DNA of 64,000 nucleotides from Candidatus Latescibacterota bacterium (GTDB lineage Bacteria > Latescibacterota > UBA2968 > UBA8231). The stretch covers positions 2,240,001-2,304,000 of the forward strand of contig OZ253462.1 of the NCBI GenBank assembly GCA_965261395.1, written 5' to 3'. Of the stretch, positions 28,182-38,026 are shown one piece after another. Below the pieces are notes generated by a model that worked only from the letters and a program-made list of their open reading frames with translations, was not told the DNA's origin and did no database searches. Position 1 is the first letter of the stretch, and the number at the start of each line of letters is the position of its first letter. Position numbers and translations under genes: made by a program.

Positions 28182-29321
28182 TCAATCCCACCACACTTCA
28201 CCGGGAACCAGATGAGCGCGCAGCAGCTCTTCGTTTAACTCCACCCCGGTCCCCGGCCGGTCGGGCACGGTAATATACCCGCGATCGACTACAGGCCCAC
28301 CCCAATCCACAGCAATATCGTCCCACCAAGGACAGTCGAGACCGTGGTGTTCCAGCGCCAGGAAATTCGGCGCGTTGGCACACACGTGCGCCGAAGCAAC
28401 GGTGCCCACTGGTGTGCAGATGTTGTGCGGGGCAAAGGCCAGCGAATGCAACTCGCATAATTCGGCCACTTTTTTGCCTTCCTGCACTCCGCCAAAACGA
28501 GGGATATCGGGCGTGATAATATCCGCGGCTCGGTCTTCGATCATGGGCCTGAGCCCATGACTCATCCAGTGATTTTCACCACAGGCAATGGGCACGGAGG
28601 TGTGGTCGGTCACGTACTTTAAGGCGTCGAGATTTTCCGGCGGGGTTGGATCTTCGAGCCACAGAATGTCGATGTCCTCCAGCCTCCGGGCCACCCTGAG
28701 CGCGTCCGCTGGCTGGTAACACCAGTGCATATCTAGGCACAACTCAACATCAGCGGGTAGGGCCTCGTAGGCCGCATGACTGACGGCACTCATGTACTCG
28801 ACCTCGGCCCTAGATAGGGCGCGATTGTGGTGATCCTTGCGGTACTCTCCTGGAGCGCTGTTGTCGATATCGACCTTGACGACGGTGTACCCGGCTTCTA
28901 CTCGCTGGCGCACCCCGTCGGCATAGGCTGCGGGCGAGTGGTCGCCGGGCCGAGCCGTGTCGGCATAGATACGCACCCGATCCCGGTACTTGCCGCCGAG
29001 CAACTGCCACAAGGGCAGGCCCGTCATCTTGCCGTGCAGGTCCCACAGCGCTAGTTCGACCCCCGACAAGGCCAGCACAATACTGCCCCCCGTGGACCCC
29101 GCGCCGATCAGTCCTCGGTAGATTTTTTGCGCTAGCCGGACGGGGTGGCGGGGATCCTCGCCGACGAGCAGTCCTTCAATGCGCGTGAGGATATCCCGCA
29201 CGCCAATGGGCAATTGCGCTTCGCCAATGCCGCAGATTCCCTCATCCGTTTCCACCTTGACCAGCGTCCACGTCCAAGGGACGCCCTGTATCATAACGGA
29301 TTTAATCGCTGTGATTTTCAT
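28182..29321 (-). CDS. Mandelate racemase/muconate lactonizing enzyme family (acid-sugar dehydratase-like)
   Basis: SGVELALWDL.GK, LLGG, VKVD, LDMH, WLEDP, ACGEN, APHN. Confidence 0.87.
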   Translation of the reverse strand: MKITAIKSVMIQGVPWTWTLVKVETDEGICGIGEAQLPIGVRDILTRIEGLLVGEDPRHPVRLAQKIYRGLIGAGSTGGSIVLALSGVELALWDLHGKMTGLPLWQLLGGKYRDRVRIYADTARPGDHSPAAYADGVRQRVEAGYTVVKVDIDNSAPGEYRKDHHNRALSRAEVEYMSAVSHAAYEALPADVELCLDMHWCYQPADALRVARRLEDIDILWLEDPTPPENLDALKYVTDHTSVPIACGENHWMSHGLRPMIEDRAADIITPDIPRFGGVQEGKKVAELCELHSLAFAPHNICTPVGTVASAHVCANAPNFLALEHHGLDCPWWDDIAVDWGGPVVDRGYITVPDRPGTGVELNEELLRAHLVPGEVWWD

Positions 29322-29391
29322 GTAGGCTGCGCTCCTCTAAGGAAGTTGCAAGCTTCTATCCCCTCCACGCTGAACTGGGGCCGCTGGCGTC

Positions 29392-30720
29392 TTATTGGCT
29401 CAGCCGGTCGAGGACATTGCGGGTGATCTGGGCGACGGTCGCGTCTCCTTTTAGCCCGTGCGACCAGTCGGTTGTCCCGGCCGTGAATACCGTGCCGCCG
29501 CGAGTATAGAGGCCCATGACCGCCGCGCCCTCCCGGCCCTTTTCCCAGCGCTCATACCACTCGCTGTCGTCCGAGTGCCATCGCGCTGGTGCTGTACACA
29601 AGATGATAAAGTCCGTCGGGGTGCCGTAGGTCCCTTTGGGTACTGGCAACCCGTTTTCCAGCACGAACTCACAGCCGTCGCACTCATAGCCGACGATGGT
29701 GTGCTCGCCTCCGAAGCTAGCGCCGCGCTGCAAGCCCGTTCCCGTAAAAATCCAGTGTTCCGGGCGATGGACTGTAAATGCCCCGGACCCGTCCATGTAT
29801 TGCCCATGGCTTAGGTGATAGCCTCCGTAGAGGAAACCGACGCCGGTCAGCTCGTTTTCCGGGCGGCCCACGAGGTGGTGGCTCCACAAGGTCGAAAGGT
29901 TCGCGTAGTCGCCGGCGGCATAGGCTGGGTCCATGTTGAACTGTTGCTTCCAGCACACCAGCGCTCGGCCCTCGTCCTCGCTGCGCACCCGCCAGCACAC
30001 GGAGTTGCCGCTAAAAAACGCGGCGTTGCCCCCGGCGGCGATGTAGGCCTCGAGGTGGTCGCGCATGGGAGCCGACCAGTATTCATCGTGCCCCACGCTG
30101 AGCACGAGCCGGTAGTTGTCCAACAGTTCGGGATGCCATTCGAGGTCGGAATTGGCGCAGTAGTCGAGCGCGTATCCAGCGCCCTCCGCCCATTCGACGA
30201 AGTCGCGCTCCCAGCGGTCGAACAGCCCGGCTAGTGGACGGTCGAAGGAGACGCGATGCCCCTGCAAGCCACCGCGGCCGTGATAGCTGTAGAAGCTGTA
30301 GCCGCCCCAGTTGTTGTAGGCACTATAGGTATTGGTGGCTAACTGGAGGAGGATGCGGCTGTCCGTGGGGCCAGCGGGGCGGACGATGAAAAAGCCTTGG
30401 CTCTCGGCGGTGCGCCGTCCCCGCCGCACGAACTTGCCGCCTTGGTCCTCGACGCGCAGCGCGAACTCGTAATACCCGCTGCGCCAGTCGTCCGGCACTT
30501 CCAATTCGCAGGAAACCGGCCAGCCGCAGCCGTTGGACGAAGCGTCTTCTGGCACCGGATGGGACGACCCAGGCAGTTGGTCCTGCCGCCATACGACTTC
30601 GCGCCCGGCACCTATTCGCGTCACTTCCAGCGCGTATTCGTCCGCGCTAGTGGCCACGTGAAAGCGCACTTGCTCACCGGCGCGGTAGCTGAGCTGATCG
30701 GTATAGCCTTCGACGAACAT
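29392..30720 (-). CDS. N,N-dimethylformamidase beta-subunit-like protein
   Basis: EGYTDQLSY, WRSGYY, TYSAYNNWGG, VSFDRP, SVGHDEYWS, FFSGN, GYECDG, VFTAGTTDW. Confidence 0.75.
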   Translation of the reverse strand: MFVEGYTDQLSYRAGEQVRFHVATSADEYALEVTRIGAGREVVWRQDQLPGSSHPVPEDASSNGCGWPVSCELEVPDDWRSGYYEFALRVEDQGGKFVRRGRRTAESQGFFIVRPAGPTDSRILLQLATNTYSAYNNWGGYSFYSYHGRGGLQGHRVSFDRPLAGLFDRWERDFVEWAEGAGYALDYCANSDLEWHPELLDNYRLVLSVGHDEYWSAPMRDHLEAYIAAGGNAAFFSGNSVCWRVRSEDEGRALVCWKQQFNMDPAYAAGDYANLSTLWSHHLVGRPENELTGVGFLYGGYHLSHGQYMDGSGAFTVHRPEHWIFTGTGLQRGASFGGEHTIVGYECDGCEFVLENGLPVPKGTYGTPTDFIILCTAPARWHSDDSEWYERWEKGREGAAVMGLYTRGGTVFTAGTTDWSHGLKGDATVAQITRNVLDRLSQ

Positions 30721-32489
30721 TATTCTGGGTACTCCACTATTACTACTCGCTCGTCTAACTCGCGTTGCAACCTCTCCACTTGTTCCACCACGTACTCTAC
30801 TGCCTGCTCTATTGGCGTTTCACGCCGCTCTTTTTCGCGCCGTAGCTTGACCTCGACAATCCCCTGCTGCAAACCGCGATCCCCCACCGTCACCCGCACC
30901 GGTATCCCAATCAGGTCGGCGTCGTTGAACTTGACCCCTGGGTTTTCTCGACGGTCGTCGAGGAGCACTTCAATACCGCGCGCTGTGAGGTCGGCGTAGA
31001 GTTGCTCGCCCGCGTCTTGCGCTGAGCCTTCGCCCTTGGCGAGGAGGACGATGTGTACCTGATAGGGCGCGACGGCAATGGGCCACACTAGGCCGTTTTC
31101 GTCGTGGTACTCCTCGGCGATACAAGCCAGCAACCGCCCCACGCCGATCCCGTAAGATCCCATGACGACTGGCTGCGCCTTGCCCTCGGCGTCGAGGAAA
31201 TCACCGCCCAGTGCCTCGGTGAACTTGGTGCCGAGTTGGAAGATGTTGCCCACTTCCACTCCGCGCGATTCGCGCAGCGCCGCCCCGCAGTTAGGGCAGC
31301 CGTCGCCTTGCCGGGCGGTAGCGATATCGGCGACCACGTTGGCCGTGTAGTCGCGGCCGTGGTTTACATTGGCGAGGTGGTAGCCCGGCTCATTGGCACC
31401 GGCCACCAGATTGGGCGAGGACGCTACCGAGTCATCGACCACCACCACCGCTCCCTCGACGCCGATGGGCGATCCATAGCCTGGCTCTGCGCCGATGGCG
31501 CGTATTTCCTCTTCCCGCGCCGGCCACATCTCCAGCGCGCCGACGGCATTGGCCAGCTTGGTCTCGTTGACGTCCATGTCGCCGCGCACGACCGCCAGCA
31601 CAAACGCGTCTTTCTTATCTCGACCGTCGCCGACGGTGGCCATTACAAAGAGCGCCTTGGCGGTCTTGTGCGCGGGAATGTCGAGTAGCGTGGTCAGTTC
31701 CTCGATGGTGGTGGCATTGGGCGTGGCGATTTTCTCGGGCGCGGCGGGCACCTCGTCAGGATTGGCCTGTTTGGCGAAGGTGGCGATCTGGCGGTTGGCC
31801 GAGTACCCGCAGCCGTCGCACAAGAGCAGGGTGTCTTCGCCGATCGGCGTCAAGTACATGTATTCGTGGGCCAGTTCGCCGCCCATCATCCCGGTGTCTG
31901 AGCTGACCGCGAGGACGTCGAGGCCGCAGCGATTGAAGATGTTGAAATACTGCTGGTAATGGGCGCGGTATTGCTTTTCGAGGCCCTCCCAGTCGGCGTC
32001 GAGGCTGTAGGAGTCCTTCATGGTGAACTCGCGCACCCGGATAAGGCCCGAGCGGGGGCGGGGATCGTCGCGCCACTTGGTCTGGATATGATAGACTAAC
32101 TGGGGCAGTTGCTTATAGGATTTGATCTCGCGGCTGACTAAGTCGGCTACGACTTCCTCATGGGTCATCGCCAGCACCATGTCGCGCTCGTTTTTGTCTT
32201 GGAAGCGACCCATCTCCGTGCCGACCGCGTACCAGCGCCCCGTCCGCTGCCAGAGTTCGGCCGGATGCACCACCGGCATGGTGAGTTCCTGGCCGCCGAT
32301 GGCGTCTATCTCGCGGCGGATAATGTCCTCGATTTTGCGCATGGACCGCTGCGCCAGGGGCAAATAGCTGAAGATGCCGCTGGCCAATGGGCGGATAAAG
32401 CCGGCCCGTAACAAGAGCTGGTGGCTGGCGACCTCCACGTCGGCAGTAACTTCGCGCAAGGTCTGGCTAAAAAGCCGACTCATTCGCAT
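30720..32489 (-). CDS. proS: Proline--tRNA ligase (bacterial type with INS editing domain)
   Basis: SHQLLLRAGFIR, THEE, QTKWRDDPRPRSGLIRVREFTMKDSYS, EVGNIFQLG, MGSYGIG, GVKFNDADLIG. Confidence 0.96.
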   Translation of the reverse strand: MRMSRLFSQTLREVTADVEVASHQLLLRAGFIRPLASGIFSYLPLAQRSMRKIEDIIRREIDAIGGQELTMPVVHPAELWQRTGRWYAVGTEMGRFQDKNERDMVLAMTHEEVVADLVSREIKSYKQLPQLVYHIQTKWRDDPRPRSGLIRVREFTMKDSYSLDADWEGLEKQYRAHYQQYFNIFNRCGLDVLAVSSDTGMMGGELAHEYMYLTPIGEDTLLLCDGCGYSANRQIATFAKQANPDEVPAAPEKIATPNATTIEELTTLLDIPAHKTAKALFVMATVGDGRDKKDAFVLAVVRGDMDVNETKLANAVGALEMWPAREEEIRAIGAEPGYGSPIGVEGAVVVVDDSVASSPNLVAGANEPGYHLANVNHGRDYTANVVADIATARQGDGCPNCGAALRESRGVEVGNIFQLGTKFTEALGGDFLDAEGKAQPVVMGSYGIGVGRLLACIAEEYHDENGLVWPIAVAPYQVHIVLLAKGEGSAQDAGEQLYADLTARGIEVLLDDRRENPGVKFNDADLIGIPVRVTVGDRGLQQGIVEVKLRREKERRETPIEQAVEYVVEQVERLQRELDERVVIVEYPE

Positions 32490-32592
32490 TTCACAATCCT
32501 CTCTGTCTATTCTGTGTGCTAGTTGGTAACGTAGCGCATCGGGCCGTTGCACTCAATTGCCATAAGAAATCTGCTGGGAGTCGTTTCAATGC

Positions 32593-33294
32593 TTAAAGTC
32601 CCCGATTGAGGACCACCGCACGCATCGCCCGATACATGCACGACAGCGACACCAGCACCCAAATCAAGGCAATCAAATACGCCAGATAGGGCACCTGCAA
32701 CGGATCCAGCCCCCAATAGGCCGACAGTATCCCGGCGTCCGTCCGCTCTGTATAGTACCACAGGTCGGTGCGGAAATCGTAGAGACTGTACAGGCAGAGC
32801 ATCACTCCCATCCACACCGCGCCGATGCTCGCCATTCGCTTCGACTTGCAGGCCATGATGCACAAGACTAGCCCGCCGCCGATCCCCAACACGGAATCGA
32901 TCCCCCCCCACGGCGTGTAGTACAGGGTCATCCCCGCGCAGGCCGCGCCAATGCACAGCAACACCAACCGCTGCGCCTGCGGATAAAGCGCGGTGTACAT
33001 CAGCAACGCCCCCCACAGCGCCGACCCCACGTAGCCTGCCGCGCTAATCAGCGGGAAAAAACCACCCTTGGTCAGGGTGTGCCCGGACTCGTTCCAATGG
33101 GTGCGGATTTCGAGGACCTCGCCGCCGGTGAGCAGAGCCGCTGCCGCGTGATTGACCTCGTGTACCAACACCACAAAGAAGCGGAACGGCTTAATCAGCG
33201 CGGTATCCCAAAAGGCCAGCGCCAGCCCTGTGCAAAGGAGATAGTAGCGAAATTGCCAGAAGACCCCGGCGATGTAGTGGATGCGGCGGAACAT
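32593..33294 (-). CDS. M50B-like membrane metallopeptidase
   Basis: VHEVNH (HExxH), AGY, TDAG motifs in a multi-TM protein. Confidence 0.8.
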   Translation of the reverse strand: MFRRIHYIAGVFWQFRYYLLCTGLALAFWDTALIKPFRFFVVLVHEVNHAAAALLTGGEVLEIRTHWNESGHTLTKGGFFPLISAAGYVGSALWGALLMYTALYPQAQRLVLLCIGAACAGMTLYYTPWGGIDSVLGIGGGLVLCIMACKSKRMASIGAVWMGVMLCLYSLYDFRTDLWYYTERTDAGILSAYWGLDPLQVPYLAYLIALIWVLVSLSCMYRAMRAVVLNRGL

Positions 33295-33299
33295 CGCCG

Positions 33300-35213
33300 C
33301 TAGGCACTAATCTCAGCGCCGATCAGCGCTACGGCCTCGGCTACTGGGAGCGGGTCGAGCTGCTCGCCGGATCGCTGCCGGATTGCCACCTTACCTTCTT
33401 CGACTTCGCGGTCTCCGGCGATTAGCATATAGGGAACCTTCTGCGTCTGCGCTTGGCGGATGCGCTTGTTGAGGGTCTCGCTGGCCGCGTCGAGTTCGGC
33501 CCGGACCCCGGTGGCGAAAAGCTGCTGGTGGAGTTGGCTCCCGTACTCGGCGTGGCGCTCGGCAATGGGCAGTACCACCGCTTGCACGGGTGCCAACCAC
33601 ACCGGGAACGCGCCAGCGTAGTGTTCGATCAAAAAGCCGATAAAGCGCTCGTGCGTGCCCAGCGGTGCCCGGTGGATGCAGATGGGTGTCTCTTCTTCGC
33701 CCGCCGCGCTGGTGTAGGTCAAGCCAAAGCGACCGGGCACGGCGAAATCTACTTGGTTGGTGGCAATCGTAAACTGCCGCCCGATGGCGCTCCAAACCTC
33801 GACGTCGATCTTGGGGCCATAGAAGGCGGCCTCGTCGGGCACCTCCTCGTAGTTGATCCCTCCCTTCGCCATTGCGCCGCGCACCATGTCCTCAGTGCGG
33901 AGCCACTTCTCGCGGTCATCAACGTACTTTGCCCCTAGGCCCGAGGATGCGTGAGTGCTCAGACGCATCAGGTAATTCTCCAAGCCGAACAGCTCGAAAT
34001 AGCGCAGATACATCTGGCAGACGGCGAGGAATTCCTCCTCGAATTGGTCGAGGGTGCAGTAGATGTGCGCGTCGTTCATCTGCAACGAGCGCACTCGCAT
34101 CAAGCCGAACAACTCGCCCGACTGCTCGTAGCGATAGCACGTGCCATACTCGGCCAGCCGCAGGGGCAGGTCGCGGTACGAGCGCGGGGCAGCGGCGAAA
34201 ATTTTGTGGTGGTGGGGACAGTTCATGGGCTTGAGGTAGTACTTGACCCCCTCCAACTCCATGGGCGGAAACATCGACGCGGCATAGTACGGCAAGTGCC
34301 CGCTGCGCTTATACATGGATTCCTTGCAGATATGCGGCGTGCGCACCCGCTGATAGCCGGCCTCGCGCTCGGTCTTGCGGGCCAAGTCCTCCAGTTCGTC
34401 GATGAGTACCGTTCCCTTGGGAAGCCACAGGGGCAAACCCGGCCCCACTTCGTCGTCAAAAGTGAACAACTCCAGTTGCTTGCCCAGCGTGCGGTGGTCG
34501 CGCTTTTTGGCCTCCTCCAGCATCGCCAGATGGTGGTCGAGGGCTTCGCGGGTGGCAAAGGCCGTGCCGTAGATCCGCTGTAACATCTTGCGGCTCTCGT
34601 CGCCGCGCCAATAGGCCCCAGCCACGCTCAGGAGCTTGAAGTGTTTGATTTGGCCGGTGCCGAGCATGTGCGGCCCCCGGCACAAGTCGATGAACTCGCC
34701 GTCTTTGTAAAAGGACAAGGTCTGGCCTTCTTCCAAGTCGGCGAGGATCTCTTGTTTGTAGGGAGCGTTGGCGACCATCTCTTTCGCTTCTTGGCGCGCA
34801 ACATCGATCCGCTCGAACCGGTGATTTTGTTTGACGACCCGCTTCATCTCCCGTTCGATCTTCTGCAAGTCTTCGGGCGTAAAAGGCGCGGCAACGTCGA
34901 AGTCGTAGTAGAAGCCGTCGTCAATGGCCGGGCCGATTGCCAGTTGTGCGTCCGGGAAGAGGCGCAACACCGCTTGCGCCAACACGTGCGACATGCTGTG
35001 GCGGTAGATCCAAGCCGCCTCGTCCGCATCCCAGGGAATAAGCTCGACTTCCGCCTCGCTGCCGAGCCGGGTGTGGAAGTCCACGCGCTCGTCATCGGCG
35101 CGGGCGGCAATGTATTGCTTCAACAGCGCCTTGTCCTCTTGGACGAGGATCTCCTTGAGCGTGCCCTCGCCGGGGTATTCGATGGCTTGTCCTTGGGGGA
35201 CCTTGATCAGCAT
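33300..35213 (-). CDS. thrS: Threonine--tRNA ligase
   Basis: RHSMSH, DLCRGPH, AYWRGD, QRIYG, RDHR.LG, KPMNCP, DAH, FYGPKID, IHRA; RBS AAGGAG before ATG 35213. Confidence 0.96.
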   Translation of the reverse strand: MLIKVPQGQAIEYPGEGTLKEILVQEDKALLKQYIAARADDERVDFHTRLGSEAEVELIPWDADEAAWIYRHSMSHVLAQAVLRLFPDAQLAIGPAIDDGFYYDFDVAAPFTPEDLQKIEREMKRVVKQNHRFERIDVARQEAKEMVANAPYKQEILADLEEGQTLSFYKDGEFIDLCRGPHMLGTGQIKHFKLLSVAGAYWRGDESRKMLQRIYGTAFATREALDHHLAMLEEAKKRDHRTLGKQLELFTFDDEVGPGLPLWLPKGTVLIDELEDLARKTEREAGYQRVRTPHICKESMYKRSGHLPYYAASMFPPMELEGVKYYLKPMNCPHHHKIFAAAPRSYRDLPLRLAEYGTCYRYEQSGELFGLMRVRSLQMNDAHIYCTLDQFEEEFLAVCQMYLRYFELFGLENYLMRLSTHASSGLGAKYVDDREKWLRTEDMVRGAMAKGGINYEEVPDEAAFYGPKIDVEVWSAIGRQFTIATNQVDFAVPGRFGLTYTSAAGEEETPICIHRAPLGTHERFIGFLIEHYAGAFPVWLAPVQAVVLPIAERHAEYGSQLHQQLFATGVRAELDAASETLNKRIRQAQTQKVPYMLIAGDREVEEGKVAIRQRSGEQLDPLPVAEAVALIGAEISA

Positions 35214-35231
35214 GACGTGCTCCTTGGCATG

Positions 35232-35264
35232 AAAAAACCCGCTGTCATCACGGCCGACAGCGGG
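35232..35264 (-). terminator. Intrinsic terminator (attenuator) upstream of thrS
   Basis: On the minus strand CCCGCTGTC-9 nt loop-GACAGCGGG followed by TTTTTT, 18 nt before the thrS ATG. Confidence 0.85.
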
Positions 35265-35295
35265 GAGAGGTTGCAAAACAAACTTTAGTCCGTCG

Positions 35296-35403
35296 CTATC
35301 CGGCGCACATGGTCGTCGTAGTCGTAGCAGTGGTAGGAGTCGGCCCCGACGGGAAACCGCTGAGGCGCTGTGCGGATGCGACTGTAAGCATAGCGGAAAT
35401 CAT
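35296..35403 (-). CDS. Thr-rich leader peptide of thrS (35 aa: MISAMLTVASAQRLSGFPSGPTPTTATTTTTMCAG)
   Basis: 8 Thr codons within 10 codons near the 3' end; lies directly upstream of the terminator and thrS; below the ORF-track cutoff. Confidence 0.82.
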   Translation of the reverse strand: MISAMLTVASAQRLSGFPSGPTPTTATTTTTMCAG

Positions 35404-35410
35404 GTTTTAT

Positions 35411-35439
35411 AAAATACCGGCAGGGTTTCGATTGTGCAA
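35411..35439 (-). promoter_or_regulatory. Candidate sigma70 promoter of the thrS leader
   Basis: TTGCAC-17 bp-TATTTT on the minus strand, 7 nt before the leader ATG. Confidence 0.5.
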
Positions 35440-35445
35440 GAGCCG

Positions 35446-36936
35446 TTAGGCCAGCTCGTAGTGGGTGCGATCGGGTAGGAGCACTGGCTGTCCATCCTCG
35501 GTGTTGATGCTCCAGTCTGCTAGCCGCAGGCGCATGTCTGCGAGGGCGTCGCGGTGTTGCTCCTCGTCGATCACATTGACCAATTCGTTTGGATCGGCGA
35601 CGAGGTCGTAGAGTTCGTCGCGGTCTCCCATGGGGTCGTGGACGTACTTCCACTGGCGGGTGCGGACCATCTTGCACCGGCCGGCCGCCTCGCGCCACTG
35701 CAAAGTGTCGATCAGGGTTTTGCGACCATAGGGTTGAGGCAGCTTTTCCAAGTCGGCCATGGTAAAGAGCGGCCCTCCGCTGCCGTATTCGGAAAAGGTC
35801 GCGTCCCGGGGCGCGGCGTCGGTCGCGGTGGGTAGTGGCATTCCGTGCATGGCGCGCGGCTGCTCCAATCCCTGCAAGTGCAATAGCGTCGGCACCACGT
35901 CGATCAGATTGGCCATGCTTTGGTCGCGCACTCCGGCGGCGACCTGCCCAGGCCAAGAGACGATCAGCGGCACCCGCGTCAGGCTGTCGTAGAAGACCCC
36001 GCCCTTGCACTGCATGGCGTGTTCGCCCATGAAGTCGCCGTGGTCCGAACAAAAGACCACAATCGTCTGCTCCCGCAGCCCCAGTTCGTCGAGCTTGTCG
36101 AGTATCTGGCCGAGCGCGTCGTCGATAAAACGCACCATGCCAAAGTACGAGGCCATGACGCCGTAGAGGTCTTCGGGCGGATCGCGGCGCACCCCCAGCA
36201 TTTGGTAGAGTGCCCGATTGCGTTCGGGGGCGCGCTCGTCGTCGAATTCGTCGTCGCGCCAGGGAGGCAGGTCAATGGCCGTCGGCGGAAATAGGGACGC
36301 GTACTCGGCTGGGCACAGCCACGGCTCGTGCGGGTCGGGAAAGGAAACCCACAGGGCAAAGGGCTGGTCTTGGTGCTTTTCGAGAAAGCGCGTCGTCTGT
36401 CCGGCGATTAGCCCGGTGGAGTGGTCCTCTAACGGCAGCTCGGAGGTGCCGTAGCTAAAGCGGGGGTTCTGGTGAGCGAGTTGGCGATGCTCGGCGGCGA
36501 CTTTGCGGCGACCTTCTTCTGGCCGGAACCAGTCCATGCCCCGCGTCTGTGGCCCTTCGTCGCGCCCGCCGTGGGTAAAGGCATTCCACACGTCGAAGAG
36601 CGCCAAATCCTCTTCCCGCTGGAAGCAGTGGTTTTTGCCGATTAGGCCCGTGGCGTAGCCGGCTGCTTTCCAAAGCTGCCAGGCGTGCTCGGCACCGGCC
36701 GGCATCAAGGTCTGGTTGCGCCGGCCGCCGTGCGAGTGGGGAAATTGCGAGGTCCAAAACGAAATGCGCGCTGGCACGCAGAGCGGGTGCGGGGTGATTG
36801 CGTTCTCAAAGAGCACTCCGTCGGCGGCTAGACGTTCCATTGACGGGGTTTGGCAGAAGGTGTTGCCGTAGAGGTGGCTGGCCGTGGCGCGCTGTTGGTC
36901 GGTCATTATGACGAGGATGTTGGGGCGGTCGGTCAT
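35446..36936 (-). CDS. Sulfatase (Cys-type formylglycine family)
   Basis: PNILVIMTDQQR, LCVPAR (CxPxR), GKNH, DPHEP, SDHGD, ELYDL..DPNE. Confidence 0.9.
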   Translation of the reverse strand: MTDRPNILVIMTDQQRATASHLYGNTFCQTPSMERLAADGVLFENAITPHPLCVPARISFWTSQFPHSHGGRRNQTLMPAGAEHAWQLWKAAGYATGLIGKNHCFQREEDLALFDVWNAFTHGGRDEGPQTRGMDWFRPEEGRRKVAAEHRQLAHQNPRFSYGTSELPLEDHSTGLIAGQTTRFLEKHQDQPFALWVSFPDPHEPWLCPAEYASLFPPTAIDLPPWRDDEFDDERAPERNRALYQMLGVRRDPPEDLYGVMASYFGMVRFIDDALGQILDKLDELGLREQTIVVFCSDHGDFMGEHAMQCKGGVFYDSLTRVPLIVSWPGQVAAGVRDQSMANLIDVVPTLLHLQGLEQPRAMHGMPLPTATDAAPRDATFSEYGSGGPLFTMADLEKLPQPYGRKTLIDTLQWREAAGRCKMVRTRQWKYVHDPMGDRDELYDLVADPNELVNVIDEEQHRDALADMRLRLADWSINTEDGQPVLLPDRTHYELA

Positions 36937-38026
36937 GGAGGGTTCCTTTGTGTGGATTGGACGCAGGAAGTAAGAGGGCGATTGCTCATAGCGGCGTCCA
37001 TTTGTCGATTATACTAGCGGCTATTTCATTGAATTCAATCAAGTGAAGCCCGTTGTTCAATAGCCCAGCCTTGATAACTCGGAATGACTAACCAACGCGT
37101 CACCTCATCACCGCGAGGGGTGAGCTCCCCGGATTCATCAACACAATTCATGGTAAAAACGAACTGGTCATTACGTTTTTCACCGTCCACGCAAAAAATG
37201 AGATCGACCGTAATATTTGTTATGGCGGATGTATTATCTATAATGCGAATGATGGCCGCATCAATCAGTGTCAGATCTTGCATCGTCTCACGAATTTCTC
37301 CGGCACGTCGGCTAATCGCGCGGTTGTCAAAGTAAACCGTCAACGCGCCCATACATCCAAAGTTGTTCTTCTTCCAAGCCCGCAAGAATTCAACGAGCGC
37401 TGCTTCCGGCTCACCCGAGTTGAAGGAGGCAATCTCAGACTCCGCAAGCACATTGATCCATCCCTCGAAAACCGGCCGAGGCGTCCATGCCTCAATACGC
37501 TCGCTTAGTTCTTTCGTCTGGACGTAGTTGGTGAATGTTTCGGAAAGAGATGGATTAGATGGAGGGTTCAGAGCCTCTTCCGCTTCACGAGCACGAATGA
37601 CGTCGGCAATATTGCTTAAGAAAGACCAGCATTTCGCGGTGACCAGTCGGTTGCCATATCCAAGGTCGCGGCCATGGAGGATACCATTTCGATAGGGAAA
37701 GCTGATGTGTTTTCTTGTCGTTTTGCGTCGGGTGCGGCACATCTCGCGGATCAGTTTCGGTAAAGCGTCTGGCTGTCCAGCGAGGGAATGAAGTTCTTCG
37801 AGGTTTACGCCCTCGCTGAATATTGATTTCTGGAACACATCCTCTCCGACCCCATCCGCAACGATGAACAACAAAGGCGCTGCGGCAAGATAACGAGTCT
37901 CTTGGGTCAACGTAAGCGCTTCCTGAAGTTGCTCTCTGCGAAGCTCGAACCCTTTCGTCTGACAAAGATGCTTTACAACAAAATGTAGCCTCTCACCTTC
38001 ATAATCAGTTGCTAATAGATCTTCGG

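Noticed and set aside
35285-36052. 255-aa minus-strand ORF over the thrS leader
   Set aside because: Arg/Pro-rich shadow frame overlapping the sulfatase; the meaningful ORF is the Thr-rich peptide in another frame.
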